A DNA stretch of 64,000 nucleotides. Source: Verrucomicrobiota bacterium. GTDB lineage: Bacteria > Verrucomicrobiota > Verrucomicrobiia > Limisphaerales > AAA164-E04. The stretch spans positions 4,096,001-4,160,000 of the forward strand of contig CP170459.1 in NCBI GenBank assembly GCA_047947115.1. The letters run 5' to 3'. Positions 51,781 to 60,929 of the stretch are shown here, piece after piece (position 1 is the stretch's first letter; each line of letters opens with the position of its first letter). The translations under genes and the position numbers were made by a program. The notes under the pieces were generated by a model. The model worked only from the letters and a program-made list of their open reading frames with translations. It was not told the DNA's origin and ran no database searches.

Positions 51781-53409
51781 ATGACAAAATCAAACACCCT
51801 CATAAAATTCGGAGGATTACTGATGGCGATGGCCACCGGTCACCTTGCAAGCGCCCAGGCGCTGGACCCTACAAAAACGCAAATGGCTCTTCCACTTCCC
51901 GAAGCACCTGTTATTGACGGTGTGTTGGATGATGGAGAGTGGATTTATGCAGGAGGCGCCGCCCAGAATTTCTGGCGTGTCAGTTTTGATGCAAATCAGG
52001 ACGACCTCTTTCGCGGTGGCGGCCCGGGTGATGGCAATCCTCTCGAACCCTTTGATGACACTGATTTGCAATACAATCTCTATGCAGGGATACACGGCAA
52101 TGATTTATACATCGCCGTGGAAGTCACCGACGACTGGATCAATACGGATGGCCCCGAGCCGGAATCCGAAAACGGACAAACCTGGACCGACGACAGTGTT
52201 GAAATATTCATTGACGGAGACAACAGCAATTTCGAAGAACGCAGTACCAACGGTGCGCCGGAAGTCATTGATACCGGGGGGCAATTCGTTATCACTGCCA
52301 ACAACGCCTATCGTCAGGCCGAGGCAGGAGATCCGGGTTATGGCCCCGCTGCCGCCTGGTATGCACGGACCGAATTGACGGACAATGGTTATGTGGCCGA
52401 ATTTCGAATTTCCCTGGATATCATCGGCAACCCCGAGCCCGGCAGCGCAATCGGGTTCACAGTCGGAGTCAATGATGACGACGAATTGGGTGATCCCGGC
52501 TCCGAACGTCAGATCCTTTGGGTAGGCACACCGCACACGGAATCCACCTACGGCAACCTGATCATCGGAGAACGCACCTACACCGCGCCCAAGACCTCGG
52601 CTCCGACAGTGGATGGCAATGTATCCGCCGACGAATATGCGGGGGCTGAGAAGATCGATCTGAACATGCACACCGGTTCCTATCATATCGGAGTCGGCAA
52701 CGACGAATGGGAGGACGGAGATCACAGTCTGCAAGCATGGGTGGTTCATGATGATGAAGCCGTTTATATCGGAATCATTGCCGTGGACGACATTATTTCC
52801 ACCGATTCGGCGGCAGCAGGCTCTGAAGATGGCCAAACCTGGATTGATGACAGTATCGAAATTTTCTTCGATGCCAATGACAGCAATGATCAAGGCAGAG
52901 ACCAGGCTTCCCTCTATGAAGGCCAGTATGTCATCACAGCCAATGGTGCACGGCGTGACAACGAAGCCAATAATCCAACATGGGGAGAAGACGCACACTG
53001 GTACGGTGCTGCCAAGGAAACATCGGACGGATATCAACTTGAGTTCAAAGTGACTAAAGAAGCACTGCTCGGAATACAGGATGGAGGGCGGATGGGTTTC
53101 AATATTGCCATGAATGATGATGACGGAGACGGTCGCAAATCCCAATTGAACTGGGCAGGCAACCCTCATCTGGAATTTTCGTATGGAGCCCTCATTCTTG
53201 GTCCTGCTTCTGAAGGCGGCAACCAAGGTGGCGGGGCTGCCAATGTGAGCATTTCCATTGCGGACAGTTCCATCACTTTGGAATGGGAAGGATCAGGATC
53301 GTTGGAAACGGCCGAGGTGGTTACCGGCCCCTGGAGCACGGTAGACGGAGCGGCCAGCGGCGTCAGCATTCCAGCAAACAACCAGCAGGCTTTCTATCGA
53401 GTTAGATAA
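51781..53409 (+). CDS. Secreted protein with two CBM9/DOMON-like domains and a C-terminal FYR-ending module
   Basis: Signal peptide; duplicated AP.IDG, W.DDS.EIF.D, GY..EF, .GF...NDDD modules. Confidence 0.75.
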   Translation: MTKSNTLIKFGGLLMAMATGHLASAQALDPTKTQMALPLPEAPVIDGVLDDGEWIYAGGAAQNFWRVSFDANQDDLFRGGGPGDGNPLEPFDDTDLQYNLYAGIHGNDLYIAVEVTDDWINTDGPEPESENGQTWTDDSVEIFIDGDNSNFEERSTNGAPEVIDTGGQFVITANNAYRQAEAGDPGYGPAAAWYARTELTDNGYVAEFRISLDIIGNPEPGSAIGFTVGVNDDDELGDPGSERQILWVGTPHTESTYGNLIIGERTYTAPKTSAPTVDGNVSADEYAGAEKIDLNMHTGSYHIGVGNDEWEDGDHSLQAWVVHDDEAVYIGIIAVDDIISTDSAAAGSEDGQTWIDDSIEIFFDANDSNDQGRDQASLYEGQYVITANGARRDNEANNPTWGEDAHWYGAAKETSDGYQLEFKVTKEALLGIQDGGRMGFNIAMNDDDGDGRKSQLNWAGNPHLEFSYGALILGPASEGGNQGGGAANVSISIADSSITLEWEGSGSLETAEVVTGPWSTVDGAASGVSIPANNQQAFYRVR

Positions 53410-53436
53410 AAGCGAACAACATCTGCAACCAACGAC

Positions 53437-53473
53437 AAGGGGCGGGATTCACTCAATCAATCCCGCCCCTTTT
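53437..53473 (+). terminator. Intrinsic terminator
   Basis: AAGGGGCGGGATT-9 nt-AATCCCGCCCCTT followed by TT. Confidence 0.8.
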
Positions 53474-53564
53474 GATTGCTGTCGACAATCCAACCCCCAT
53501 GCTCGAGGAGATGTCACGCGGCAAATTGTTTGTCTTTCGCATCGTTTTGACTCAGACTTCTGCC

Positions 53565-54464
53565 ATGTTTCGCTTAATCCCTTGGATACTCTGCACGCTT
53601 GTCATCACGCAGGCTGAAATCAACGTCGTGATTTGGGACGAACAGCAGCCACGCCAGAAACAGGCTTACGAAAACTTTCTGGGCAACGCCATTGCTGACC
53701 ACCTGCGGCCCCTTCCTGGCATCTCAGTCAAAACCGTCACACTGGACAGCCCTGGTAAAGGCATCGGACCGGATGTGCTGAACTCATGTGATGTGCTTCT
53801 CTGGTGGGGGCATGTTCGACAAGCGGAGATTACCCCTGAAGATTGCAAGCCGATCATTGATCGCATCAGAGCAGGAAAAATGTCATTCATCCCACTGCAC
53901 TCAGCGCATTGGTCAACCCCCTTCATGGAAGCCATGAACGAACGCACCCGCATGGACGCAGCCAAACGTTATCCACGCACACAGGATTCACCTAATGTGG
54001 CCATTGAATTTGTCCCACCACCCGGGCGTGTCCCTCCAACTGCAGACTCGATGGTAACGCCCGCCTATCTGGCATTAAAGCGTGGTGGTGTAGCCACAAC
54101 CGTGCGGGTTGATCTTCCAAACTGTTGTTTTCCAGGTTGGCGTAACGACGGGGAACCCAGTTCTCTTGAATCACTGCTGCCTGATCATCCCATTGCCCAA
54201 GGACTCCCCAAATATTGGTCCATCTCCTCTACCGAAATGTACGCCGAACCCTTTCACGTTCCCGAGCCGGATCAGGTTGTTTTCAAAGAGACCTTTTCGA
54301 AGGGCGAATGGTTCCGAAGCGGCTGCGTGTGGGAACTGGGTAAAGGCAAAGTATTCTATTTCCGTCCGGGGCATGAAACATTCCCGATCTTCAAGGAAAA
54401 GCTTCCACTCAAAGTGATAGAGAATGCCGTTCGATGGCTGGCTACAGATTTGCAGAATCCCTGA
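53565..54464 (+). CDS. ThuA-like (class I glutamine amidotransferase fold) protein
   Basis: DVLLWWGH, LHSAHWS, EMYAEPFHVPEPD, FRSG, FYFRPGHET. Confidence 0.85.
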   Translation: MFRLIPWILCTLVITQAEINVVIWDEQQPRQKQAYENFLGNAIADHLRPLPGISVKTVTLDSPGKGIGPDVLNSCDVLLWWGHVRQAEITPEDCKPIIDRIRAGKMSFIPLHSAHWSTPFMEAMNERTRMDAAKRYPRTQDSPNVAIEFVPPPGRVPPTADSMVTPAYLALKRGGVATTVRVDLPNCCFPGWRNDGEPSSLESLLPDHPIAQGLPKYWSISSTEMYAEPFHVPEPDQVVFKETFSKGEWFRSGCVWELGKGKVFYFRPGHETFPIFKEKLPLKVIENAVRWLATDLQNP

Positions 54465-54509
54465 AGCAAGTTGCATCCTATCACCAAACTTGTATGGTAT
54501 ATCACGAAC

Positions 54510-55823
54510 ATGGACTTCCCCTACATCGCCAAATATCATTCACTGAGTCGTCGCCACTTTTTGCGTGGAACGGGCGTCGCTCTTTCATTGCCGATGCTCG
54601 ACGCCATGCTACCGGCATTCGCTGCAACAAGCGAAGCCCCTTTGCCAGCCAAGCGATTTATCGGTGTCTGCAATAATCTCGGATTATTGCCCGATCGTTT
54701 TTTCCCATCCGAAGCCGGACCCAATTATCAGCTTTCTCCCTACCTGAATGAACTGGAAACTCACCGAAATGATTTTACGGTCTTAAGCGGTGTGTCACAC
54801 CCTGGGGTGGATGGAAGCCATTCCTCGGATATTTCATTCCTGACCGCCGCTCCTCACCCGGCCAGCGGTGGCTTTCGCAATTCCATTTCCCTGGATCAGT
54901 TCATCGCAGAAAAAGTGGGACACTTGACACGTTTTCCATCACTGACTCTTGGAGTCAATGCCAAGGAAGGTCGTCGTAGTCTCTCCTGGACGAATGCAGG
55001 CGTGCTTATTACCTGTGAAAACAAAGCTTCCGAAGTGTATCGAAAGCTTTTCTTACAAGGCTCAAAAGAAGAAATCGAGCAACAAATGCGCCGTCTGCAG
55101 TTGGGACAAAGCATTATGGACACCTTGGCGGAAGACTCAAAGCGCCTGTCCAAAAAGTTGAACGCTTCCGACAAGGACCGCCTGGATCAATATGTCACCG
55201 CCGTGCGCGAGGTGGAACGTCGCATGGACAAAGCCAGGGAATGGGAAAAGCTTCCCAAACCCACTGCGCCCGTCCCCATGCCGGAAGATCCTGATTCGAA
55301 GGCGGCCTATATGGAAAAAACCGCGTTGATGTATCAGATGGCATCTCTGGCCTTTCAAACCGACTCCACACGCAGCATCACCCTGTTGCTGGACAGTAAC
55401 AACTCGCCCACCATCAAAGTTGATGGTGAAAACATTACAGACGGTTATCACAACTTGTCCCATCACGGTAAAAACGAATCAAAACTCAAGCAATTGGAAG
55501 CCATTGACCGGGCTCATATGATGGAGTTGCGCACATTTTTGGATTCATTGAAATCAAGTCAGGACAATTCAGGATCGCTTTTGGACCAGACACTGGTCCT
55601 CTACGGAAGCAATTTCGGAGACGCAAACAAACACACAACCACCAACATGCCCATTGTAGTGGCTGGCGGACAACTTAGACATGGACAGCACCTGGCATTT
55701 GATCCAGCCAATAACCATCCACTCCCCAACCTGTTTGTCAGCATGCTCAACAGCATGGACATAGAAACGGAGCATTTTGCCTCCTCAACAGGTTCCATGA
55801 CAGGTTTGGAGAGTCTGAAATAG
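54510..55823 (+). CDS. DUF1552 (HXXSHH) protein, Tat signal
   Basis: SRRHFLRGTGVALSLPMLDAM, ISLDQ, LAFQTDSTR, YHNLSHH. Confidence 0.9.
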   Translation: MDFPYIAKYHSLSRRHFLRGTGVALSLPMLDAMLPAFAATSEAPLPAKRFIGVCNNLGLLPDRFFPSEAGPNYQLSPYLNELETHRNDFTVLSGVSHPGVDGSHSSDISFLTAAPHPASGGFRNSISLDQFIAEKVGHLTRFPSLTLGVNAKEGRRSLSWTNAGVLITCENKASEVYRKLFLQGSKEEIEQQMRRLQLGQSIMDTLAEDSKRLSKKLNASDKDRLDQYVTAVREVERRMDKAREWEKLPKPTAPVPMPEDPDSKAAYMEKTALMYQMASLAFQTDSTRSITLLLDSNNSPTIKVDGENITDGYHNLSHHGKNESKLKQLEAIDRAHMMELRTFLDSLKSSQDNSGSLLDQTLVLYGSNFGDANKHTTTNMPIVVAGGQLRHGQHLAFDPANNHPLPNLFVSMLNSMDIETEHFASSTGSMTGLESLK

Positions 55824-55902
55824 AAAAAATCAACTAATCAGCAGCCAAAATGCATCCCTGTGGTTGAAAAGCTCGAAGACACAGGCATAATCGCATCAAA
55901 TC

Positions 55903-58341
55903 GTGAATTTCAAATCAACAAAGCAATTTCTGACCGCCATCGGCCTGGGACTTGGAGTATGTTCGTCTGTCGCACAAGACGCATCCCAGGTCTTCGAGGA
56001 CGAAATTAGACCGCTTTTCAAAACACATTGTTATCGATGTCACGGAGCCACCCAACAAAAAGCGGGGCTCCGACTGGATCTTGGATACGCCCCTTCCCCA
56101 TGGGCTGGCGACTCAGGCCCCGTTTGGATAAAGTCCAACAGCGATGACAGCCTCCTGATTCAACTCCTCCGAGGCACGCATGATTCGATTGAAGCCATGC
56201 CTTATAACCAGAAGCCTCTTCCGGAAGCAGATATCCAAAAGGTCGTGGCGTGGATTGACGAGGGAGCCATTATCCCTGAGGGATTGACCGAAGATGCTCA
56301 GGAACACTGGGCTTTTGCCAAACCCATCAAGCCGGAGTTGCCAAAAATCAAGCAAACATCATGGCCCCGCAATTCCATCGATTTTTTTGTGCTCGCCAGA
56401 TTGGAGGAACAAGGTCTCAGCCCTTCGGACACCGCTCCACCCAGAACCCTGTTGCGGCGGTTGTTTCTTGATTTGACCGGACTCCCGCCGACTCGAAAGG
56501 ATCTGAGCGCTGTGGGAGATCACCTTTCCATGGAAGACTATGAGGATTGGGTGGAGGATCTTCTTTCATCGCCACATTTTGGGGAAAGATGGGGGCGTCA
56601 TTGGCTGGATGTGGCACGTTACGCTGATTCAAATGGTTACAGTATAGACGGAGCCCGTTCCATGTGGCGTTACCGTGATTGGGTGATCGATGCCACCAAT
56701 GCCAATATGCCGTTCGACCAGTTCACGATCGAACAAATCGCAGGCGACCTGCTTCCTCATGCCACCATGCAACAGGTCATAGCCACGGGTTTTCACCGCA
56801 ACACCCAGATCAATCAGGAAGGGGGAATCGACCCCGAGCAATTCCGAATGGAATCCATTTTCGATCGCATGGCGACAACTGGGGCTGCCTGGCTTGGACT
56901 CACCACCGGATGCGCACAATGTCATGATCATAAGTTCGACCCGATGACGCAAGAGGAATACTACCAGATGTTTGCTTTCTTCAACAATCAGGATGAACCA
57001 TCCATCCCCGCCCCCACTCATGAAGAATCCATGCGATTGATTGCCTGGGAAAAACAATACAAGCCCCTTCAGGCGGAACTGGATCTGTTGAACCAGGAAC
57101 TGCCCGACAGAGTGTGGCAGTGGGAAAAGTTCTTCGATGAAAAGGACACCGAATCCGCGCCTGAAGAAATCAAAACCATCTTGGGCAAACTACCGACCGA
57201 CCGATCCAAAGAGGACGAGCAAAAGCTCATCGATCATTTCAAAAAGAACCAGCCTGACTATGTGGAGTTGAGTAAAAAGGTGGAGCAGCTGCGTCGCAGA
57301 CGTCCGAGAACCACCACCGCCATGGTATTGAAAGAACGGACCGAAGAACGTCCGACCCACATGCTGATCAAAGGCGACTTTACTCGTCCTGCAGATCAGG
57401 TGAGACCTGGTGTCCCAGCTTCACTGCATCCATTGGAAGCTGAAGGTGAGCCAAACCGACTGGACCTGGCCAATTGGCTGGTTTCGAGTGAAAACCCCCT
57501 GACCGCCCGCGTGGTGATCAATCGGGTGTGGCAAAAGTATTTTGGAACCGGAATCGTCGAGACAGAAAATGATTTCGGAACGCAAGGAACCCTTCCTAGT
57601 CACCCACAATTGCTGGATTGGTTGGCTTGTGAATTCATGGACTCTGGTTGGGACATGAAACACATGCACCGCCTCATCGTCAACTCGGCCACCTACCGGC
57701 AGTCCTCGAAGGTGCGCAAGGATCTGAACGAAAAAGACACCCGCAACCTGTTTCTGGGGAGGCAAAACCGACTGCGCCTGGATTCCGAAATCGTTCGCGA
57801 TGTGGCATTACACGCCTCCGGTTTGCTACAGCAGGACATCGGCGGGCCCAGTGTTTACCCGCCTCAACCAGACGGGGTGATGGGACTGGGTCAGGTCCAG
57901 CGTTCATGGAAAGCTAATGAGGGAGACGATCGATACAGGCGCGGGATGTATACCTTTTTCTGGCGTGCCACGCCGCACCCGGCCCTGGCGGTTTTCGACA
58001 GTCCCGACGCCTTCAGCACCTGTACAAGGCGCATTCGCTCCAACACACCTCTGCAGGCACTGACGCTATTGAACGATCCGGCTTTTTATGAAATGGCCAC
58101 TCACTTTGCTGATCTGATTCAAGAAAAAGGTGGAAACGATGATGCGAGCCGGATTCGATTTGGATTAGAACGTTGCACGGCTCGACAACCCTCATCCGAT
58201 GAATTGCAGCAGCTGCTCCTTTTCATCCAACATCAACGACAACTTGCCGAATCAGATGATTCGGTGAACCAAGATAAGCAGGTCTGGCTGAATGTCGCTC
58301 GTGTCCTGTTGAACCTCGACGAAACCATTACCCGCGAATAA
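55903..58341 (+). CDS. PSD1 / planctomycete cytochrome c domain protein (DUF1549 + DUF1553)
   Basis: CYRCH, FGERWGRHWLDVARYADS, CAQCHDHKFDP, PSHPQLLDWLA, NTPLQALTLLN. Confidence 0.92.
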   Translation: MNFKSTKQFLTAIGLGLGVCSSVAQDASQVFEDEIRPLFKTHCYRCHGATQQKAGLRLDLGYAPSPWAGDSGPVWIKSNSDDSLLIQLLRGTHDSIEAMPYNQKPLPEADIQKVVAWIDEGAIIPEGLTEDAQEHWAFAKPIKPELPKIKQTSWPRNSIDFFVLARLEEQGLSPSDTAPPRTLLRRLFLDLTGLPPTRKDLSAVGDHLSMEDYEDWVEDLLSSPHFGERWGRHWLDVARYADSNGYSIDGARSMWRYRDWVIDATNANMPFDQFTIEQIAGDLLPHATMQQVIATGFHRNTQINQEGGIDPEQFRMESIFDRMATTGAAWLGLTTGCAQCHDHKFDPMTQEEYYQMFAFFNNQDEPSIPAPTHEESMRLIAWEKQYKPLQAELDLLNQELPDRVWQWEKFFDEKDTESAPEEIKTILGKLPTDRSKEDEQKLIDHFKKNQPDYVELSKKVEQLRRRRPRTTTAMVLKERTEERPTHMLIKGDFTRPADQVRPGVPASLHPLEAEGEPNRLDLANWLVSSENPLTARVVINRVWQKYFGTGIVETENDFGTQGTLPSHPQLLDWLACEFMDSGWDMKHMHRLIVNSATYRQSSKVRKDLNEKDTRNLFLGRQNRLRLDSEIVRDVALHASGLLQQDIGGPSVYPPQPDGVMGLGQVQRSWKANEGDDRYRRGMYTFFWRATPHPALAVFDSPDAFSTCTRRIRSNTPLQALTLLNDPAFYEMATHFADLIQEKGGNDDASRIRFGLERCTARQPSSDELQQLLLFIQHQRQLAESDDSVNQDKQVWLNVARVLLNLDETITRE

Positions 58342-58343
58342 TC

Positions 58344-59804
58344 ATGCAATCCACTTTTGAAAACAACCTGCTGTCCGCCCAAACCCGGCGCCATTTTTTC
58401 AGTCGTTGCGGCATGGGCGTAGGCTCCATGGCTCTGGCTTCATTGACGCAAAAGGATCGGCTTCAGGCCGCGGTGGATGACAAACTGAACAATCCGCTGT
58501 TCGCCAAGAAACCTCAGTACGCCCCAAAAGCCAAAAACGTCATCTTCCTCTTCATGGCAGGCGGACCTTCGCAACTCGAATTGTTCGACTACAAACCGGT
58601 GCTACAAAAATATAACGGCGAACCCATTCCCGAATCTTATCTGGAAGGAAAACGCTTCGCCTTCATGGACAGTTCTTTCAAGAACCGGTCCACCCTGATG
58701 GGCACCCGGCGTGAATTCAGACAATACGGTCAATCCGGCATGTGGGTCTCCGAATTGCTCCCACATACAGCCGGCATCGTGGACGAGTGTACATTCGTAA
58801 AAACAGTCAAAACCAATCTGTTCAACCATGCCCCTGCCAAATTGTTCATGAACACCGGTTCCGGTCAGTTCGGCCGCCCTTCTATGGGAGCCTGGACGAC
58901 TTACGGGCTCGGCAGCGAATGCGACGACCTCCCCGGTTTTGTTGTATTGCAGAGTGGACCACGCGGACCACGCGGAGGCGCGGTGAATTGGGGAAGTGGC
59001 TTCCTGCCCACTGTTCATCAAGGGGTTCCATTGCGCGGACAAGGAGAACCCATCCTGAATCTGACTTCCCCCGAGGGGATTGATGATGTCACACAACGTT
59101 CGGTCATTGATACCGTCAAGGATCTCAATCTGAAACGTTTGGTTGAAACCGGTGATCCGGAAATCTCCACCCGTATTTCTGCTTACGAAATGGCTTATAA
59201 AATGCAGGCCAGTGCACCGGATCTCATCGATCTGTCCGATGAATCACAGGAAACCAAGGACATGTATGGTGTGGACACCAATGGGTCCAGCTTTGCACGC
59301 AACTGCCTCCTCGCGCGGCGCCTGGTCGAGAAAGGCGTCAGGTTCATCCAGCTTTATCACACGAACTGGGACAGCCACGGCGGACCGGGGGAAAACTTGC
59401 AGAACGATTTTGAAAAGGTCGTCAAGGAAATCGACCAACCCTGCGCTGCTCTGGTCAAAGATTTGAAACGCCGCGGACTCCTCGATGATACCCTGGTCAT
59501 CTGGGGTGGCGAATTCGGCCGAACACCCATGGGTGAAAACCGAAGCACCACCGGTCGCAACCACCACATCGACGCTTTCACCATGTGGTTTGCAGGCGGT
59601 GGCACCAAACCCGGCAACATTGTCGGAGAAACGGACGAACTCGGTTTTGATGCAGCCATTGATCCCGTCCATACCCATGACGTGCATGCAACCATCCTTC
59701 ACCTTCTCGGCATGGATCATGAGAAACTGACCTTTCGTTTCCAAGGACGTGATTTCCGCCTGACGGACATTCACGGTGAGTTGATCGAAAAAATGTACAC
59801 CTGA
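58344..59804 (+). CDS. DUF1501 protein (Tat signal)
   Basis: TRRHFF, LFMAGGPSQLELFDYKP, ARRLVEKGVRFIQ, WGGEFGRTP. Confidence 0.92.
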   Translation: MQSTFENNLLSAQTRRHFFSRCGMGVGSMALASLTQKDRLQAAVDDKLNNPLFAKKPQYAPKAKNVIFLFMAGGPSQLELFDYKPVLQKYNGEPIPESYLEGKRFAFMDSSFKNRSTLMGTRREFRQYGQSGMWVSELLPHTAGIVDECTFVKTVKTNLFNHAPAKLFMNTGSGQFGRPSMGAWTTYGLGSECDDLPGFVVLQSGPRGPRGGAVNWGSGFLPTVHQGVPLRGQGEPILNLTSPEGIDDVTQRSVIDTVKDLNLKRLVETGDPEISTRISAYEMAYKMQASAPDLIDLSDESQETKDMYGVDTNGSSFARNCLLARRLVEKGVRFIQLYHTNWDSHGGPGENLQNDFEKVVKEIDQPCAALVKDLKRRGLLDDTLVIWGGEFGRTPMGENRSTTGRNHHIDAFTMWFAGGGTKPGNIVGETDELGFDAAIDPVHTHDVHATILHLLGMDHEKLTFRFQGRDFRLTDIHGELIEKMYT

Positions 59805-59805
59805 C

Positions 59806-60081
59806 ATGGATCCCCTCATCCGAAAAGCATCCGACAAACGTCGACGCTGGTTCGGTCTTTTCTACCTGTTGGTGGCCGGCATCATGCTGATTTGGGGCAC
59901 CACATGGTTGAACCCCTATTTGGAAGGGTGGAAGTTTGTCATCTATTGGTTGGGCTGCTTCATCGTGACCGTCATGGCCATGCTCATTGCCTTGCTGGAT
60001 ATGTGGATCATCCGGATCCGGGCCCGCCAAGCCCGCAACAGTGCTGCAAAAGAAGTGTTTGACGAAAGCACGAAGAAATAA
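59806..60081 (+). CDS. Small two-TM membrane protein
   Basis: 91 aa, two hydrophobic helices, starts 1 bp after the DUF1501 stop. Confidence 0.7.
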   Translation: MDPLIRKASDKRRRWFGLFYLLVAGIMLIWGTTWLNPYLEGWKFVIYWLGCFIVTVMAMLIALLDMWIIRIRARQARNSAAKEVFDESTKK

Positions 60082-60106
60082 AAAAACCGAGCATCAACGG
60101 GCTCAG
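60080..60106 (-). terminator. Putative intrinsic terminator for the minus-strand genes
   Basis: Minus strand reads CUGAGC-8 nt-GCUCGG-U7. Confidence 0.5.
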
Positions 60107-60196
60107 TAAGACAAATGCACCCGGGTCATTCCAGTAACCCCTGAAGCTCAATCTCAAACAATATCCTGGTCATTCTGCAAATCCCGTTTTGTGAAA

Positions 60197-60841
60197 CTAT
60201 ATCTCAGGATCGCTATCCCATTTCGGATATACCGAAGCATCCAATTCTCCCCGCCGGATCATCTCCTGCAGATCTCGTATAATGGTTCGACGCGCCACGC
60301 GAAACTCACGGGCCAGTGCGGAGATGTTCGGACGTTCTTTGGCATCTTCCAGTTGCAACCGGATATGATGCTGCCTGCTCAAACGATCCGTCGAACGGCT
60401 TAACAGGAATTCTATATCGGACCGCTTGGAGCGTTCCAACGATTCAAACTGTTTAATGACTTCCTTCTCCCCACATTCACTGACTGCAGTGCGAATCGTA
60501 TCTTTCAGCACATTGATATCAACAGGTTTGGGCAGACAATAGTGTGCGCGCCGCGGTCCTTGAAGGGCTTCTATCTGCTGCTGCACTTCCAAGGCACCGG
60601 ACACCACAATGATCGGAACATGCGGCATGAGTTGTTTGAAATCCGGCAGAAAATCGAGCCCCAACTCCTCGTCCTCCAGCACATGATCCAGCACGATGGC
60701 TTCTGGCAAATACGAGGACGCTATCTTAATCGCTTCAGAACCCGACTTGGCTCGCTGGATCTCGAATTCATCCAGACATTCCTCATAGATCTCATACTGA
60801 AGATCCTCATCCTCAATAATCATGATCTTGGCTTTAGGCAT
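60197..60841 (-). CDS. Response regulator (receiver + C-terminal HTH)
   Basis: IIEDE, IVLD phosphoacceptor, VVSG, LPKP; ISALAREFRVARRTIIRDL HTH. Confidence 0.85.
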   Translation of the reverse strand: MPKAKIMIIEDEDLQYEIYEECLDEFEIQRAKSGSEAIKIASSYLPEAIVLDHVLEDEELGLDFLPDFKQLMPHVPIIVVSGALEVQQQIEALQGPRRAHYCLPKPVDINVLKDTIRTAVSECGEKEVIKQFESLERSKRSDIEFLLSRSTDRLSRQHHIRLQLEDAKERPNISALAREFRVARRTIIRDLQEMIRRGELDASVYPKWDSDPEI

Positions 60842-60929
60842 ACGCCGACAATGAATGAAAACAAACTGAACTTCAAGTGTGTTTGAGGTTTGAATTGATT
60901 GGGCCCGCTCTCCAAAAACTCAGGTAAAA

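Noticed and set aside
52105..53226. Long antisense ORF (also 30192-31118, 35152-36048 and 62774-63796)
   Set aside because: All lie opposite well-supported genes and are explained by codon bias on the coding strand
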